In this document: in pieces, positions 36,161 to 48,368 of the stretch
How the letters are laid out: each line of letters starts with the position of its first letter
How positions within the stretch are numbered: position 1 is the stretch's first letter
Source of the DNA: Gemmatimonadota bacterium
GTDB taxonomy: Bacteria > Gemmatimonadota > Gemmatimonadetes > Gemmatimonadales > GWC2-71-9
Direction of reading: 5' to 3'
Assembly (NCBI GenBank): GCA_003169895.1
Contig: PNAE01000004.1
Span: 74,487 to 138,486, forward strand
Length of the DNA stretch: 64,000 nt
Program-made: the position numbers and the translations under genes
Notes under the pieces: model-generated
Told to the model about the DNA's origin: nothing
The model's database searches: none
What the model saw: only the letters and a program-made list of their open reading frames with translations

Positions 36161-36517
36161 CTAGTGCATCTTCGCCATCTCCTCACACGACTGCGCGCAC
36201 TCCCGGCAGGTCGCAGCGCACTGCTTCATCACCGAGTCGCGCTGCAGCCGGTTACACCAATCAGCGCATTCGGTGCAGATCTCCGCGCACGTCGCGCACG
36301 TCTGGAGATGCAGTGCCGAGCCGCGCAGCAGGAATCCGGCGCTGGTACGGCAGATCTCGGCGCAATCCAGCAGGATCAGCATGCGAGTGCGATCCGCGTA
36401 CGCGCCGTCGCGAGCCATGCAATAGCTGAGAGTTGCTTCGCATGTCGCGTGACAGTTGAGGCAACTGTCGATGCAGCGCCGCATCTCGGCGTTGATCTCT
36501 GTCATGACTCCGGTCAT
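36161..36517 (-). CDS. Cys-rich four-helix-bundle protein (DUF326 / copper-storage Csp-like)
   Basis: 118 aa with 16 Cys in repeated CxxxC/CxxC spacing (CIDSCLNCHATC, CATCAEICTECADWC, CAATCRECAQSC). Confidence 0.8.
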   Translation of the reverse strand: MTGVMTEINAEMRRCIDSCLNCHATCEATLSYCMARDGAYADRTRMLILLDCAEICRTSAGFLLRGSALHLQTCATCAEICTECADWCNRLQRDSVMKQCAATCRECAQSCEEMAKMH

Positions 36518-36725
36518 GCGGCACCTCGGGGGATTTCGTTGCTTAGGGAGACGTTGCTGAGCTATGGGTGAACACGATGGGTCGTGGGCCGTGCGGAGCT
36601 ACCGTACGCGTGCAGTTAGTCTCTCCATGTACACTTCCACGTCCCACGTCCCAAAGCCCTCAACGTCAAACGCATCCCAATCACGAACCAGATATCTTTC
36701 CCGCGCTCAAACCGAGGCCATTGCT

Positions 36726-37913
36726 GTGTCCGATGCCACGACACCCGTCATTCTGAGCGCCTGCCGCACGCCGATCGGCAAGTACCTGGGCGCGATTTCG
36801 TCGCTGTCGGCGCCCCGGCTGGGATCCATCGCGATCAAGGAAGCGGTGCGCCGCGCCGGGATCGACCCGCAGGCGATCGACGATGTCATCATGGGCCATG
36901 TGGTGCAGGGCGGCACCGGACAGGCGCCTGCTCGCCAGGCGATGATCCACGCCGGTCTGCCCGCCAGCATTGCCGCGCTCACCATCAACAAGGTCTGCGG
37001 TTCCGGCCTCAAGGCCGTGATGCTCGCGGCGCAATCGATCAAGGCCGGTGACGCCGAGTGTGTGGTCGCCGGTGGCATGGAGTCGATGTCGAATGCGCCA
37101 CACTATCTCTACAACTACCGCAACGGCATCAAGGCGGGGAACCAGACCGTCGTTGATGGCATGATCCACGACGGGTTGTGGGACTCGTTCGGCAATAATC
37201 ACATGGGTGAATACGCCGAATACACGTCGGAAAAGGCGAAGGTATCGCGCCAGGATCAGGACGCGTGCGCCGTGGAGTCACACCGCCGCGCGGTCGCGGC
37301 GCAGGCCGCCGGAAAGTTCGCCGCCGAGATGGTGCCCGTGGAAATCACCAGCCGCAGCGGGACCACAACCGTGAGCGCCGACGAATCACCGCGGGCCGAT
37401 ACCACCGCCGACACGCTGGCCAAGCTGAAGCCCGTGTTCCGCAAGGACGGCACGGTGACTGCCGGCAATGCGCCCGGGCTCAATGACGGTGGCGCCGCGA
37501 CCGTCGTGACGTCGCTTGCGTTCGCCAAGGCGCACGGCCTCACGCCCATGGCCCGGATCACGGCATATGCCACCGGTGGGGGCGAGCCCAGAGATCTGTT
37601 CTTTGCGCCGGTGCTCGCAGTGCAGCACCTGATGAAGCGCGCCGGCACCACGATCGGCGACTACGATCTCATCGAAGCCAACGAGGCGTTCGCGGTGCAG
37701 GCGGTTGCCGATGGCCGCGCCCTGGGATGGGACTGGGACCGCGTCAACGTGCATGGCGGCGCGATTGCGCTCGGTCACCCGATTGGTGCCTCGGGTGCGC
37801 GCGTGCTGGCGACGTTGTTGTATGCCATGAAGGACCGCGGGGCGCGCACCGGGCTGGCCACGCTCTGCCTCGGTGGCGGCAATGCGGTGGCACTGAGCGT
37901 GGAGGCGATGTGA
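36726..37913 (+). CDS. acetyl-CoA C-acetyltransferase (thiolase II)
   Basis: GTG 36726 with GAGG 8 nt upstream gives a 395-aa protein of typical thiolase length. Motifs are [30 protein letters not shown] and [10 protein letters not shown]. The alternative ATG 36627 would add 33 aa. Confidence 0.9.
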   Translation: MSDATTPVILSACRTPIGKYLGAISSLSAPRLGSIAIKEAVRRAGIDPQAIDDVIMGHVVQGGTGQAPARQAMIHAGLPASIAALTINKVCGSGLKAVMLAAQSIKAGDAECVVAGGMESMSNAPHYLYNYRNGIKAGNQTVVDGMIHDGLWDSFGNNHMGEYAEYTSEKAKVSRQDQDACAVESHRRAVAAQAAGKFAAEMVPVEITSRSGTTTVSADESPRADTTADTLAKLKPVFRKDGTVTAGNAPGLNDGGAATVVTSLAFAKAHGLTPMARITAYATGGGEPRDLFFAPVLAVQHLMKRAGTTIGDYDLIEANEAFAVQAVADGRALGWDWDRVNVHGGAIALGHPIGASGARVLATLLYAMKDRGARTGLATLCLGGGNAVALSVEAM

Positions 37914-38761
37914 GCCAGATCGCCGTCATCGGTTCCGGGACCATGGGCAACGGCATCGCGCACGTTTTTGCCCAGCACGGCCACGCCGTCGCGTTGATCG
38001 ACGTCAATCAGGCGGCGCTCGACAAGGCCCTTGGCATCATCAAGGGCAACCTCGACCGCCAGGTGAAGAAGGGCACCATCGCGCCCGAAGCGCCGGCGGA
38101 GATTCTCGGTCGCATCCGCACCAGTACCGACCTCGCCGAGGCGCGCGACGCCGCACTCGTGGTCGAAGCGGCAAGCGAGAACCCGGCAGTCAAGTTCGAG
38201 TTGTTCAGCAAGCTCGATCAGCTGTGCGGCCGCGACGCGATCCTCGCCACCAACACCTCGTCGATCTCGATCACCGAGATCGCCGCGAGGACGCAGCGCC
38301 CCGCGCAGGTCATCGGGATGCACTTCATGAATCCCGTGCCGGTGATGCAGCTGGTGGAGGTCATTCGCGGCCACGCCACGAATGATGCGACGACGAAGAC
38401 CGTGCTCGACATCGTCACGGCCCTCGGCAAGACGCCCGTCGCGGTGAACGACTATCCCGGCTTCGTGGCGAACCGGATCCTGATGCCGATGATCAACGAG
38501 GCGATCTACTGCGTGTTCGAAGGCGTCGCGACGCCCGAGGCGATCGACACCGTCATGAAGCTTGGCATGGCCCATCCCATGGGGCCGTTGACGCTGGCGG
38601 ACTTCATCGGCCTTGATGTCTGCCTCGCCATTCTCGACGTGTTGCACCGGGGACTGGGCGATGACAAGTACCGCGCGTGCCCGTTGCTCCGGAAGATGGT
38701 CGCGGCGGGAGATCTTGGCCGGAAGAGTGGCAAGGGGTTCTACAACTACGGGAAGGGCTGA
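37910..38761 (+). CDS. hbd: 3-hydroxybutyryl-CoA / 3-hydroxyacyl-CoA dehydrogenase
   Basis: GTG 37910 (GTGA overlap) gives [17 protein letters not shown] (Rossmann fold), plus ATNTSS and GFVANRIL motifs. Confidence 0.9.
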   Translation: MSQIAVIGSGTMGNGIAHVFAQHGHAVALIDVNQAALDKALGIIKGNLDRQVKKGTIAPEAPAEILGRIRTSTDLAEARDAALVVEAASENPAVKFELFSKLDQLCGRDAILATNTSSISITEIAARTQRPAQVIGMHFMNPVPVMQLVEVIRGHATNDATTKTVLDIVTALGKTPVAVNDYPGFVANRILMPMINEAIYCVFEGVATPEAIDTVMKLGMAHPMGPLTLADFIGLDVCLAILDVLHRGLGDDKYRACPLLRKMVAAGDLGRKSGKGFYNYGKG

Positions 38762-39828
38762 TGGACACCTTCAAGGAAATGCAGACCCGGGGCCACGAAC
38801 AGGTCCTCTTCTCCCACGATCCGTCGTGCGGTTATTTCGGCATCATCGCGATCCACGACACGACCCTCGGGCCTGCGCTCGGCGGCACGCGCGTGTGGGC
38901 ATACCAATCCACCGAAGAAGCGTTGCAGGATGTGCTGCGCCTGTCTCGCGGGATGACCTACAAGTCCGCGGTGGCCGGCCTCAACCTCGGCGGCGGCAAG
39001 GCCGTCATCATTGCCGATCCCAAGCGGCGCGATCGTGAGTCGCTGTTCCGCGCCCACGGCCGGTTCGTGGAGACGCTGGGCGGACGCTACATCACCGCGG
39101 AAGACGTCGGCACGTCGCCAATCGACATGGAGTTCGTGCGGCGGGAGACCAAACACGTGGCGGGCCTGCTCAACCTGTCGGGCGACCCGTCGCCGGTGAC
39201 CGGCTACGGCGTGTACGTCGGCATGAAGGCTTGCGCCAAGCAGCGCTGGGGCAAGGACTCGCTCGCCGGCAAGACCGTGGCGGTGCAGGGCGCCGGCAAG
39301 GTGGCCTATTACCTCATGACGCACCTCAAGAATGAGGGTGCGAACCTCGTGGCCACCGACATCGACCAGGACAAGGTCAAGCGGGTGGTGGAGGAGCTTG
39401 GCGCCAAGGCGGTCGCGCCCGACGCGATCTACGACGTCAAGGCCGACATCTTCGCGCCGTGCGCGCTGGGCGCCATCATCAACGACGACACCCTCAAGCG
39501 CCTCAAGGTCGAGATCGTTGCCGGCGGCGCCAATAACCAGCTTGCCGAGCCGCGGCACGGTGTGGAGCTGGAGAGCAAGGGCGTGCTCTACGCCCCCGAT
39601 TACGTGATCAATGGCGGCGGCGTCGTGAACGTGTTCGGCGAACTGCAAGGCTGGACCATGGAGCGTGCCAAGCGCAAGGCCCAGGAGATTTACGACACGC
39701 TCCTGCGCGTCTTCGCGATCGCGTCACGCGACGGGATTCCTTCGTTCGAAGCGGCGGACCGTCTGGCCGAGGAGCGGATCCGCTCGGTGGCGGCGTTGAA
39801 GCGGATGTGGATTGCGGGGGATCGGTAA
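38761..39828 (+). CDS. leucine (Leu/Val/Phe) dehydrogenase
   Basis: ATG 38761 (TGATG overlap). [11 protein letters not shown] catalytic-Lys motif and VQGAGKVAY Rossmann fold, as in the Glu/Leu/Phe/Val dehydrogenase family. Confidence 0.85.
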   Translation: MDTFKEMQTRGHEQVLFSHDPSCGYFGIIAIHDTTLGPALGGTRVWAYQSTEEALQDVLRLSRGMTYKSAVAGLNLGGGKAVIIADPKRRDRESLFRAHGRFVETLGGRYITAEDVGTSPIDMEFVRRETKHVAGLLNLSGDPSPVTGYGVYVGMKACAKQRWGKDSLAGKTVAVQGAGKVAYYLMTHLKNEGANLVATDIDQDKVKRVVEELGAKAVAPDAIYDVKADIFAPCALGAIINDDTLKRLKVEIVAGGANNQLAEPRHGVELESKGVLYAPDYVINGGGVVNVFGELQGWTMERAKRKAQEIYDTLLRVFAIASRDGIPSFEAADRLAEERIRSVAALKRMWIAGDR

Positions 39829-39862
39829 CCGCTGGCTATTGGCTGCGGCTTATCTTCCCCCC

Positions 39863-40303
39863 ATGCCAGAACGCATCCCGATTGGCGCCGATCACGCCGG
39901 CTTCGAAATGAAGGCGATGCTCGCCGAGGACCTTCGGAAACTCGGCTATGACGTCGAGGACGTTGGCTCCCACTCGTCGCAACCTTCGGACTATGCCGAC
40001 TACGCCCACGTAGTCGCCCGCGAGATCGAAGAAGGTGAAGTGAACCGCGGCGTCCTGCTGTGCGGCTCGGGTCTCGGCATGTCCTACGCCGCCAACCGGC
40101 ATCCCGGGGTCCGCGCTGCCGTCGTCTGGTCTCCGGAAATCGCGCGGCTCTCCCGCCAGCACAACGACGCCAACGTGCTCGTGCTGCCGTCCCGCTGCAT
40201 CGACGACGCCACCGCGCGAGAAATCCTCCACACCTGGCTGAACACCCCATTCGAGGGCGGCCGGCACGTCAAGCGCATCGCGAAAATCGAGAACGCCGAG
40301 TGA
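39863..40303 (+). CDS. rpiB: ribose-5-phosphate isomerase B
   Basis: [17 protein letters not shown] and [10 protein letters not shown]. 146 aa. Confidence 0.9.
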   Translation: MPERIPIGADHAGFEMKAMLAEDLRKLGYDVEDVGSHSSQPSDYADYAHVVAREIEEGEVNRGVLLCGSGLGMSYAANRHPGVRAAVVWSPEIARLSRQHNDANVLVLPSRCIDDATAREILHTWLNTPFEGGRHVKRIAKIENAE

Positions 40304-41580
40304 CGCAGCGCCTGGTGCATGACGCGCCGCTGTCGCAGGCCGACCCTGCCGTCGCCGCGCTCGTGGAGGCGGAACTCCGCCGGCAGCGCGACGGACTTGA
40401 GCTCATCGCCAGCGAGAACTTCACCTCGCGCGCGGTGCTGGAGGCGATGGGTTCCTGTCTCACCAACAAGTACGCCGAAGGGTATCCCGGCAAGCGGTAC
40501 TACGGTGGATGCGAAGTGGTGGACCAGGTCGAGCAGCTGGCGATCGACCGCGTGAAGCAGATCTACGACGTGGCGCATGCCAACGTGCAGCCGCATTCCG
40601 GCGTGCAGGCGAACTTCTGCGCGTACATGGCGCTGATCCGGCCGGGCGACACGCTTCTGGGCATGTCCCTGCCGCACGGCGGACACCTGTCGCACGGCAC
40701 GTCGGTGAGCCATACCGGCCAGGTGTGGAAGGCGCATGCATACGGTGTTCGACCCGAAACCGGGTTGATGGACTATGACCAGATCCGGGAGATCGCGAAG
40801 CAGACGCGCCCGCAGCTCATCGTCACCGGTGGTTCGGCCTACGCCCGCATCATCGACTTCGCTGCCTTCCGCAGCATTGCGGACGAGGTCGGCGCGTTCC
40901 TCGTCGTCGACATGGCGCATTTCGCCGGCCTCGTCGCCGGTGGCGTGCATCCGTCCCCGATTCCTCATGCCCACGTGACCACGAGCACGACCCACAAGAC
41001 GCTGCGGGGTCCGCGTGGCGGACTGATCCTCTGTCACGCCGAGCACGCCAAGGCGGTCGACAAGTCGGTGTTCCCCGGAGGGCAGGGTGGGCCGCTCGAG
41101 CACGTCATTGCCGGCAAGGCGGTCGCGTTCGGTGAGGCGCTCACCGCGGATTTCAAGCGGTATGCCGCCGCGGTCGTCGCCAACGCGCAGGCGCTGGCCG
41201 CGGCGCTGATGGAGCGAGGTTATGCGATCGTATCGGGCGGGACCGATACGCACCTCATGCTGGTCGACCTCCGCGCGAAGCAGCTCACCGGCAAGGAAGC
41301 GGAGAAGGTGCTCGGCGCGGCGGGCATCACGGTCAACAAGAACACCATCCCGGACGACCCGCAGTCGCCGTTCGTGACCAGCGGGATTCGCGTGGGTACG
41401 CCCGCGCTCACCACGCGCGGCATGGGTACCGGCGAGATGCTCCGGATCGCCGAGCTGATCGACACGGCGCTGACCGGCCGGGACGCCGACACGTTGGCGC
41501 GGGTGAAGCAAGACGTCGAAGCACTCGCCGCAGGCTTTCCGCTGTATTCCTCGTACGCGATGGCCGGCGGAGCGCGATGA
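40300..41580 (+). CDS. glyA: serine hydroxymethyltransferase
   Basis: GTG 40300 (GTGA overlap). LIASENFTS and [15 protein letters not shown] (PLP lysine). Confidence 0.95.
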   Translation: MTQRLVHDAPLSQADPAVAALVEAELRRQRDGLELIASENFTSRAVLEAMGSCLTNKYAEGYPGKRYYGGCEVVDQVEQLAIDRVKQIYDVAHANVQPHSGVQANFCAYMALIRPGDTLLGMSLPHGGHLSHGTSVSHTGQVWKAHAYGVRPETGLMDYDQIREIAKQTRPQLIVTGGSAYARIIDFAAFRSIADEVGAFLVVDMAHFAGLVAGGVHPSPIPHAHVTTSTTHKTLRGPRGGLILCHAEHAKAVDKSVFPGGQGGPLEHVIAGKAVAFGEALTADFKRYAAAVVANAQALAAALMERGYAIVSGGTDTHLMLVDLRAKQLTGKEAEKVLGAAGITVNKNTIPDDPQSPFVTSGIRVGTPALTTRGMGTGEMLRIAELIDTALTGRDADTLARVKQDVEALAAGFPLYSSYAMAGGAR

Positions 41581-41969
41581 TGCACGATCTGCAGTTCGCC
41601 GATGGGGTCCTCGCCCGGATCCACGCCCGCGGCGGCAAGCGGTACGATGAACGCGCCTACCTGTTCGTGCTTGCGGGCATCGAGTACCTGCAGTCAAGGC
41701 TCGACGTCCGGCGGCACGTCAGCGGCGCGGAGCTGGCGTGGGCCTGCCGCGATCTGGCGCTCGAACGATTCGGCCTGCTGGCGCGTCAGGTGCTCGGTTG
41801 CTGGGGTATCACGACCACGGCCGACCTCGGACAGATCGTGTTTGCACTGGTCACGATCGAGCTGCTCAGCACGCAATCGGGCGACAAGGAAGACGATTTC
41901 ACCGACGTGTACGCATTTGATTCGGCGTTCGATGCGACATACGAAATGAGGTGGGCCGGCGACGAATAA
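41577..41969 (+). CDS. conserved hypothetical protein
   Basis: 130 aa. ATGA overlap with the glyA stop. No motif I can name with confidence. Confidence 0.6.
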   Translation: MMHDLQFADGVLARIHARGGKRYDERAYLFVLAGIEYLQSRLDVRRHVSGAELAWACRDLALERFGLLARQVLGCWGITTTADLGQIVFALVTIELLSTQSGDKEDDFTDVYAFDSAFDATYEMRWAGDE

Positions 41970-42030
41970 CGGCAATGTCAGCCTGAGCCCTGAGACGCTC
42001 GTCTCTCGTCTCTCGTTGTAGGTTTCCCGC

Positions 42031-43575
42031 ATGCGCCCGATCCCCGTTCTCACGCCCGAACAATCCCGCGCCTGGGATGCATCCGCCGATGCGTCCGGGC
42101 GTTCGCTGCGCGTGCTGATGGAATGCGCCGGACGGGCCGTCGCGCAGATCGCACTCGACCGGTTTGCCGCCGTGGCGCAGCAGGGCGTGCTCGTCGCATG
42201 CGGCCCCGGCAACAATGGCGGCGACGGCTGGGTGGCGGCGCGAGCGTTGCGTGCCATGGGACTCGCCGTGTGGGCGATCGAGCTCACGCCGCCAGGTGAG
42301 GGCATCGCGGCGGATGCGCGCACCGTGGCGCTGCACGACGGCGTGCGGCTGGTCCCGGCTGATGGTCCGTGGCCGGGAGCCGGCCTGCTCGTTGATGCGC
42401 TGCTCGGCACCGGTGCGGCCGGCGCGCCTCGGGGCGAGATGATGCCGCTATTGCACCGCCTAGCGGACCTGCACAAGCCGATCGTCGCCATCGACGGACC
42501 GACTGGTCTGGATCTCGCCACGGGGGTACAGCATGGTCCCATGCACGCGGCGCTGACGGTGACCTTCGGCGGCGCGCGACGCGGTCACCTGCTGGCGCGC
42601 GACGAGATCGGCGACCTGGTCGTCGTCGACATCGGCCTTCCGGCCCCCGAACCGGCATGGCCGGTGCTGATCGATGCGGCCTGGGCGGCTCAACGCGTGA
42701 CTCCGCTGCGTGCCAACAGCCACAAGGGGACGCGTGGCCACGTGGTGATCGTCGGTGGTACTCCCGCGATGGTGGGTGCTGCGCGGCTCGCCGCGCGGGC
42801 GGCATTCGGTGCCGGCGCGGGACTGGTCCACGTCGTGGCTCCGGAAGAATCGCTGGCAACGCTCCGGCTCGCCGAGCCCGATGTGCAGACGCTGGCGCAC
42901 TCATTCTCCGGAAGGATTGACGATGGATTCCGGGAGTTGCTTGCTCGCGCTGATGCCGTCGCGATCGGACCGGGTCTCGGCCGCGACGCGGGCCGCGCCG
43001 AATTCGTCGTCGCGGTACTGGAACTGGTGCGTTCCGCGGTCGTCGATGCGGATGCGCTCACCGTGCTCAAGCCGCAACGGGATGCGCTGAGGCGACTGGC
43101 GACATCGCGTTCGATCGTGTGTACGCCGCACATCGGCGAGTTTCGCACGCTGTTTCCCGAGTGCGCTGTCGACCTGGAGACGGCGCCATGGGACGCCGCA
43201 CTCCATGCCGCGCGCGCCAGCGCCGCGACCGTGCTGCTCAAGGGCGTGCCCACCATCGTGGCGTCAGCGGACGGCACCGCACTCACCGTCGCTGCCGGTA
43301 ATCCTGGTCTCGCCACCGGCGGCAGCGGTGATGTGCTGACCGGCATCATCGCCGCGCTGCTGGCCCAGGGCATCAGCCTGCCGGAGGCAGCGGCGGCGGG
43401 CGCGCAGGCTCACGGCGAGGCTGCCGACTACGCCGCACGCCGGGCCACCGCGCGCGCCATGCGACCGATGGATGTCATCGTTGGCTTGCAGGATGTCTGG
43501 CGTGGCTGGGGGCGCCCGGGCGCGCTCCATCGCGTGCCGATTCTATGCGAACTCCCCGCGCCGCGCGGCGTGTGA
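42031..43575 (+). CDS. nnr: bifunctional NAD(P)H-hydrate epimerase / ADP-dependent dehydratase
   Basis: N-terminal YjeF_N motif GPGNNGGDG. C-terminal carbohydrate-kinase motifs HKGTRG and GGSGDVLTG. Confidence 0.9.
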   Translation: MRPIPVLTPEQSRAWDASADASGRSLRVLMECAGRAVAQIALDRFAAVAQQGVLVACGPGNNGGDGWVAARALRAMGLAVWAIELTPPGEGIAADARTVALHDGVRLVPADGPWPGAGLLVDALLGTGAAGAPRGEMMPLLHRLADLHKPIVAIDGPTGLDLATGVQHGPMHAALTVTFGGARRGHLLARDEIGDLVVVDIGLPAPEPAWPVLIDAAWAAQRVTPLRANSHKGTRGHVVIVGGTPAMVGAARLAARAAFGAGAGLVHVVAPEESLATLRLAEPDVQTLAHSFSGRIDDGFRELLARADAVAIGPGLGRDAGRAEFVVAVLELVRSAVVDADALTVLKPQRDALRRLATSRSIVCTPHIGEFRTLFPECAVDLETAPWDAALHAARASAATVLLKGVPTIVASADGTALTVAAGNPGLATGGSGDVLTGIIAALLAQGISLPEAAAAGAQAHGEAADYAARRATARAMRPMDVIVGLQDVWRGWGRPGALHRVPILCELPAPRGV

Positions 43576-44534
43576 TCACCGCGATCGCGCTCGGCGGCGG
43601 CGATGAGTTCGATCGCATCCGGGCGATTGCCAGCGCACTCGGCGCCGCCGCGGCGGGAATCGGCGACGACACCGCCGTGGTGCCATCCGGCGAGGGAACC
43701 CCGGTCGTCAGCATCGACGCGAGCGTCGAGGACGTGCATTTCCGGCGCGAGTGGTTGTCGTTCGAAGAGATCGGGTGGCGGGCAACGGCGAGTGCGCTGT
43801 CGGACCTGGCCGCCGCCGCCGCGACGCCGGCTGCCATCGTCGCGGCGATCGTCGTGCCACCCAAGGCAGACGAGGCGGCACTGGTGGAACTGATGCGCGG
43901 TGTGGGAAGCGCCGCGGCAAGCGTCGGGGCGCGTGTCATCGGCGGCGATCTCAGTTCCGGCGGCCAATGGGCGGTGGTGATCACCGTGCTCGGTCATGCG
44001 CCGACGCCGACGTCGCGTGCCGGCGCACGACCGGGTGATGGCATCTGGGTCACCGGCACCCTCGGAGGTGCGCGCGCCGCGCTGCAGGCGTGGACCAGCG
44101 GCATCGAGCCGGACGCCGACGCGCGGCAGGCGTTCGCGCACCCCACCCCGCGGATCGGGGCCGCGCAATGGCTGGCGGCACACGGGGCGACCGCGATGAT
44201 GGACCTGAGTGACGGACTCGGCGGCGACGCCGAGCACCTTGCGGCTGCCTCGAGCGTGCAGCTGCGGATTGATCTCGAACGCCTGCCGTTGCACTCATCG
44301 GTGCGCGCAGCCGCGGAACGCGCTGCCGAGGCACCGGCACTGTTCGCCGCGACAGGTGGCGAAGACTACGAATTGCTCCTCACGTTGCCGAGTGCATTCG
44401 ACGGTGCAGCGGAGTGCCGTCGAGTGACTGGTGTGCCGCTGACCCGGATCGGCACCGTATCGTCGGGTGCGGGTGTTCAGGCTACGCTCGGTGGGGTGGT
44501 GCAGCAGCTTCATGGGTTCCGGCACGCGGTGTAA
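43572..44534 (+). CDS. thiL: thiamine-monophosphate kinase
   Basis: GTG 43572 (GTGA overlap). GIGDDTAVV, EDVHF, GGDLS and MDLSDGL motifs. Confidence 0.85.
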   Translation: MITAIALGGGDEFDRIRAIASALGAAAAGIGDDTAVVPSGEGTPVVSIDASVEDVHFRREWLSFEEIGWRATASALSDLAAAAATPAAIVAAIVVPPKADEAALVELMRGVGSAAASVGARVIGGDLSSGGQWAVVITVLGHAPTPTSRAGARPGDGIWVTGTLGGARAALQAWTSGIEPDADARQAFAHPTPRIGAAQWLAAHGATAMMDLSDGLGGDAEHLAAASSVQLRIDLERLPLHSSVRAAAERAAEAPALFAATGGEDYELLLTLPSAFDGAAECRRVTGVPLTRIGTVSSGAGVQATLGGVVQQLHGFRHAV

Positions 44535-44768
44535 TCGACGTTATGCGTTGCCGGTCTTCAGCGCCGCAAGCGCGGGTGGGGGAGGCACGGTGTTCGTGTC
44601 GGCATCTGAGCGCCGCCCGGGACGAGAGTCCGGAGCGGGACGTCGGTGAGAGCCAGCGGCCGCCCCGCGAATGCGTGGGCCGGGCACGCACGGTCTGCGG
44701 CGGCCGCGCCAGCGAACCGCAGGCCCGCGCAGGGCTGCTCGTCGCGGGCGGGCGGTTGGGCGCGTTGA

Positions 44769-46414
<1,646 letters not shown>

Positions 46415-46483
46415 GGGCGGGGGCGGTTTCGTGCCGATTTCCTTGACCTGCGGTGGCCGGAGGGATAATGTCCGCCCGCACGT

Positions 46484-46557
46484 GGCTGGGTAGCTCAGCT
46501 GGTTAGAGCACGGCACTCATAATGCCGGGGTCGCGGGTTCGAGTCCCGCCCCAGCTA
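46484..46557 (+). tRNA. tRNA with CAT anticodon (elongator Met, or Ile2 if lysidine-modified)
   Basis: Cloverleaf: acceptor GGCTGGG/CCCAGCT (G1-U72), D-stem GCTC/GAGC, anticodon arm CGGCA-CTCATAA-TGCCG, T-arm GCGGG-TTCGAGT-CCCGC. The three G-C pairs typical of an initiator anticodon stem are absent. Confidence 0.85.
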
Positions 46558-46733
46558 TTGCACAAGTCCATAACTGACGATTGTTTACATGTCAGTGTGC
46601 CGGAACTCCGGTCACTTCGTTCGTCCAACCGTGCCAGAATCCGCACCTCGGCGCATTTCACTAGCGGTTATGATCGCTTCCCACCGGCGTTGCGCTGCGG
46701 TTACTACCGGCGCCGCTGACGCGGAGCGTCGTC

Positions 46734-47909
46734 TCACCACTCCGGTTCGCGTCCGATTCCCGAGGGCAACAGGTCCGGCGTTTCGCTGCCGCGGCGCCGA
46801 ATCCGGGAGATCGCCCCGCCGAATAAAGCGGCATCGGCCAGGTGCCCGAGCCCGCGGAGCCGCAGCCGTTGCGCCGTCGCATTCAGCCGTCGCACGGCGT
46901 CGTCGCGACCGCACTCGTGTGCCATCAAGGTGAAATCTGCGAGGTAGGACCGTTCGGAATGGTGGTGGGCGACCCGGCACCACGCGGCCACCGGATCCCC
47001 ACTTGCCGCGGGAAAGGCAAGCTGGTCCTTGCCGACCAGCCAGAGCGACAACCGCAGCCGCAGGCACTTGGGACACGTTCCACAATTCTTGACCGGATCG
47101 CGATGACAGACCCAGAGTTCCTGAAGGAACTCGGGATGCTTCACGATGGCCATCAGCTTCTCATTGCGTCGGGCCTGGCATCCGTAGTGCTCGATTTGCG
47201 TGGTACCGGTCGACCAGAGCGGATCCAGGAGCGGATGCGATCCGTTGGGCACCAACCGGGCGTACGTGTATGAGGAAGCAATCACCATTCGCTCCGGTGC
47301 CAACAGGAGCGCCACACCGGCCAGCGCGCCACCGTAGCTCGTGGTGCGGGCGATACGATGTCGCCGGGTGAAATCAATCCAGTTGGTTTCGATCGCCACG
47401 AGCGGCATCCCGAGCAGGGCGGCCTGCCGCGCAACCCGGGCCCGCGCGACGGCGAAAACGTCCGCCGTCATGTTGAAATCGAAGCCGTTGATGAACACGA
47501 GCTGATCCAGATCGGCTCGCCGCTCGAGGGCGGTGAACAGGGCGTCCACGCCGCCCGAGAAGAAGGCTGCACCGCCCGACATGGTGGCCGCGCGGGATGG
47601 ACGCTGGTTGGCGCGCACGTCGATCCGGTGCATCAACGGATTCCAGGACGTCCAGATGTCCTGGATGTCGCCGAGGCGGCCGAGCAACTCTGACGAGATT
47701 GGCGGAAGCGCGGTCAGGTCGAGACCGGCGCCGAGCGCCATCGCCGGGATGAGTGCCACCGCGAGGAAGGCATCCCCGGTTTCGGCGGCGGCAACGCCCG
47801 GGGGAATCCGGAACCACACGTTCATGTCGCCGACGTCTGCGGAAACCCGAGTGCCGTTCGACTCATGGTCGATGCGCCAATTGCGTACTACCAGCGGCAG
47901 GCCGGTCAC
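46734..47909 (-). CDS. QueC-like PP-loop ATP pyrophosphatase superfamily protein (uncharacterised)
   Basis: AAFFSGGVDALFT (SGGxDS-type PP-loop with Ala in the last position) and a C-terminal Cys cluster VCHRDPVKNCGTCPKC resembling the QueC zinc site. GTG 47909 has GGAGAG 5 nt upstream; the track start TTG 47999 is possible. Confidence 0.6.
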   Translation of the reverse strand: MTGLPLVVRNWRIDHESNGTRVSADVGDMNVWFRIPPGVAAAETGDAFLAVALIPAMALGAGLDLTALPPISSELLGRLGDIQDIWTSWNPLMHRIDVRANQRPSRAATMSGGAAFFSGGVDALFTALERRADLDQLVFINGFDFNMTADVFAVARARVARQAALLGMPLVAIETNWIDFTRRHRIARTTSYGGALAGVALLLAPERMVIASSYTYARLVPNGSHPLLDPLWSTGTTQIEHYGCQARRNEKLMAIVKHPEFLQELWVCHRDPVKNCGTCPKCLRLRLSLWLVGKDQLAFPAASGDPVAAWCRVAHHHSERSYLADFTLMAHECGRDDAVRRLNATAQRLRLRGLGHLADAALFGGAISRIRRRGSETPDLLPSGIGREPEW

Positions 47910-48074
47910 TCCAGCTCTCCGACGGCGCACGAGCCAACGCGACTGCGGTGCTGCGATGGTACTGCTACGACAGGTTGAGACGATTCCATGTCCGGGCAAT
48001 CATACCGGGCGAGGCGCAGCGATGCGAGGCAGCGCGGCGGCACCATACGGTCCCAGGGTCCCTCAGGATCATGA

Positions 48075-48368
48075 TCAGCGGAGCAGCGTGAACGGCTCGG
48101 GAACACCCGCAGTGCGCACGATCAATTCCCCAAGCTTCCAGGATCCGACGGCCGACAGGTGCCAGGGATCGTGGTACAGCAGTTCGCCATCGGGCGCGTT
48201 CGTCGAGCAGATGCCGCCCGGGCAGAAATACGTGGTGGCGTCGTAGTACTGCACGTTTGGTGTGCCCGCCGCGAATCGCCGAAGGTCGGCGTTAATCGAT
48301 GCGATGTCAAACGCCAGGGGACCCCGGACGATAGTTGCTGACGACGATCGAACCGCTTCGTGTCGTGC
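48075..48368 (-). pseudogene. remnant of the C-terminus of an acyltransferase-3/SGNH-domain (OafA-like) protein
   Basis: A minus-strand frame reads ...FDIASINADLRRFAAGTPNVQYYDATTYFCPGGICSTNAPDGELLYHDPWHLSAVGSWKLGELIV...*. It is bounded upstream by an in-frame TGA (48369-71) and has no usable start, which is why the track lacks it. Confidence 0.45.

Noticed and set aside
36627-36725. Longer thiolase N-terminus from ATG 36627 (or track start 36564)
   Set aside because: The extra 33-54 residues (MYTSTSHVPKPSTSNASQSRTRYLS...) have no counterpart in thiolases. GTG 36726 has a GAGG RBS and gives the canonical length.
40084-41697. 537-aa ORF on the minus strand
   Set aside because: It is antisense to glyA and crosses gene boundaries on both sides. 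The same reasoning applies to 44541..45923 (antisense to eno), 3897..5120, 50161..52050, 52189..53343, 59261..60385, 59817..60995 and 61973..63157.
46560-46620. Hairpin ACTGAC-N12-GTCAGT after tRNA-Met as a terminator or att core
   Set aside because: It has only a 6-bp stem with a large loop and no U-tract, so it is too weak to call.
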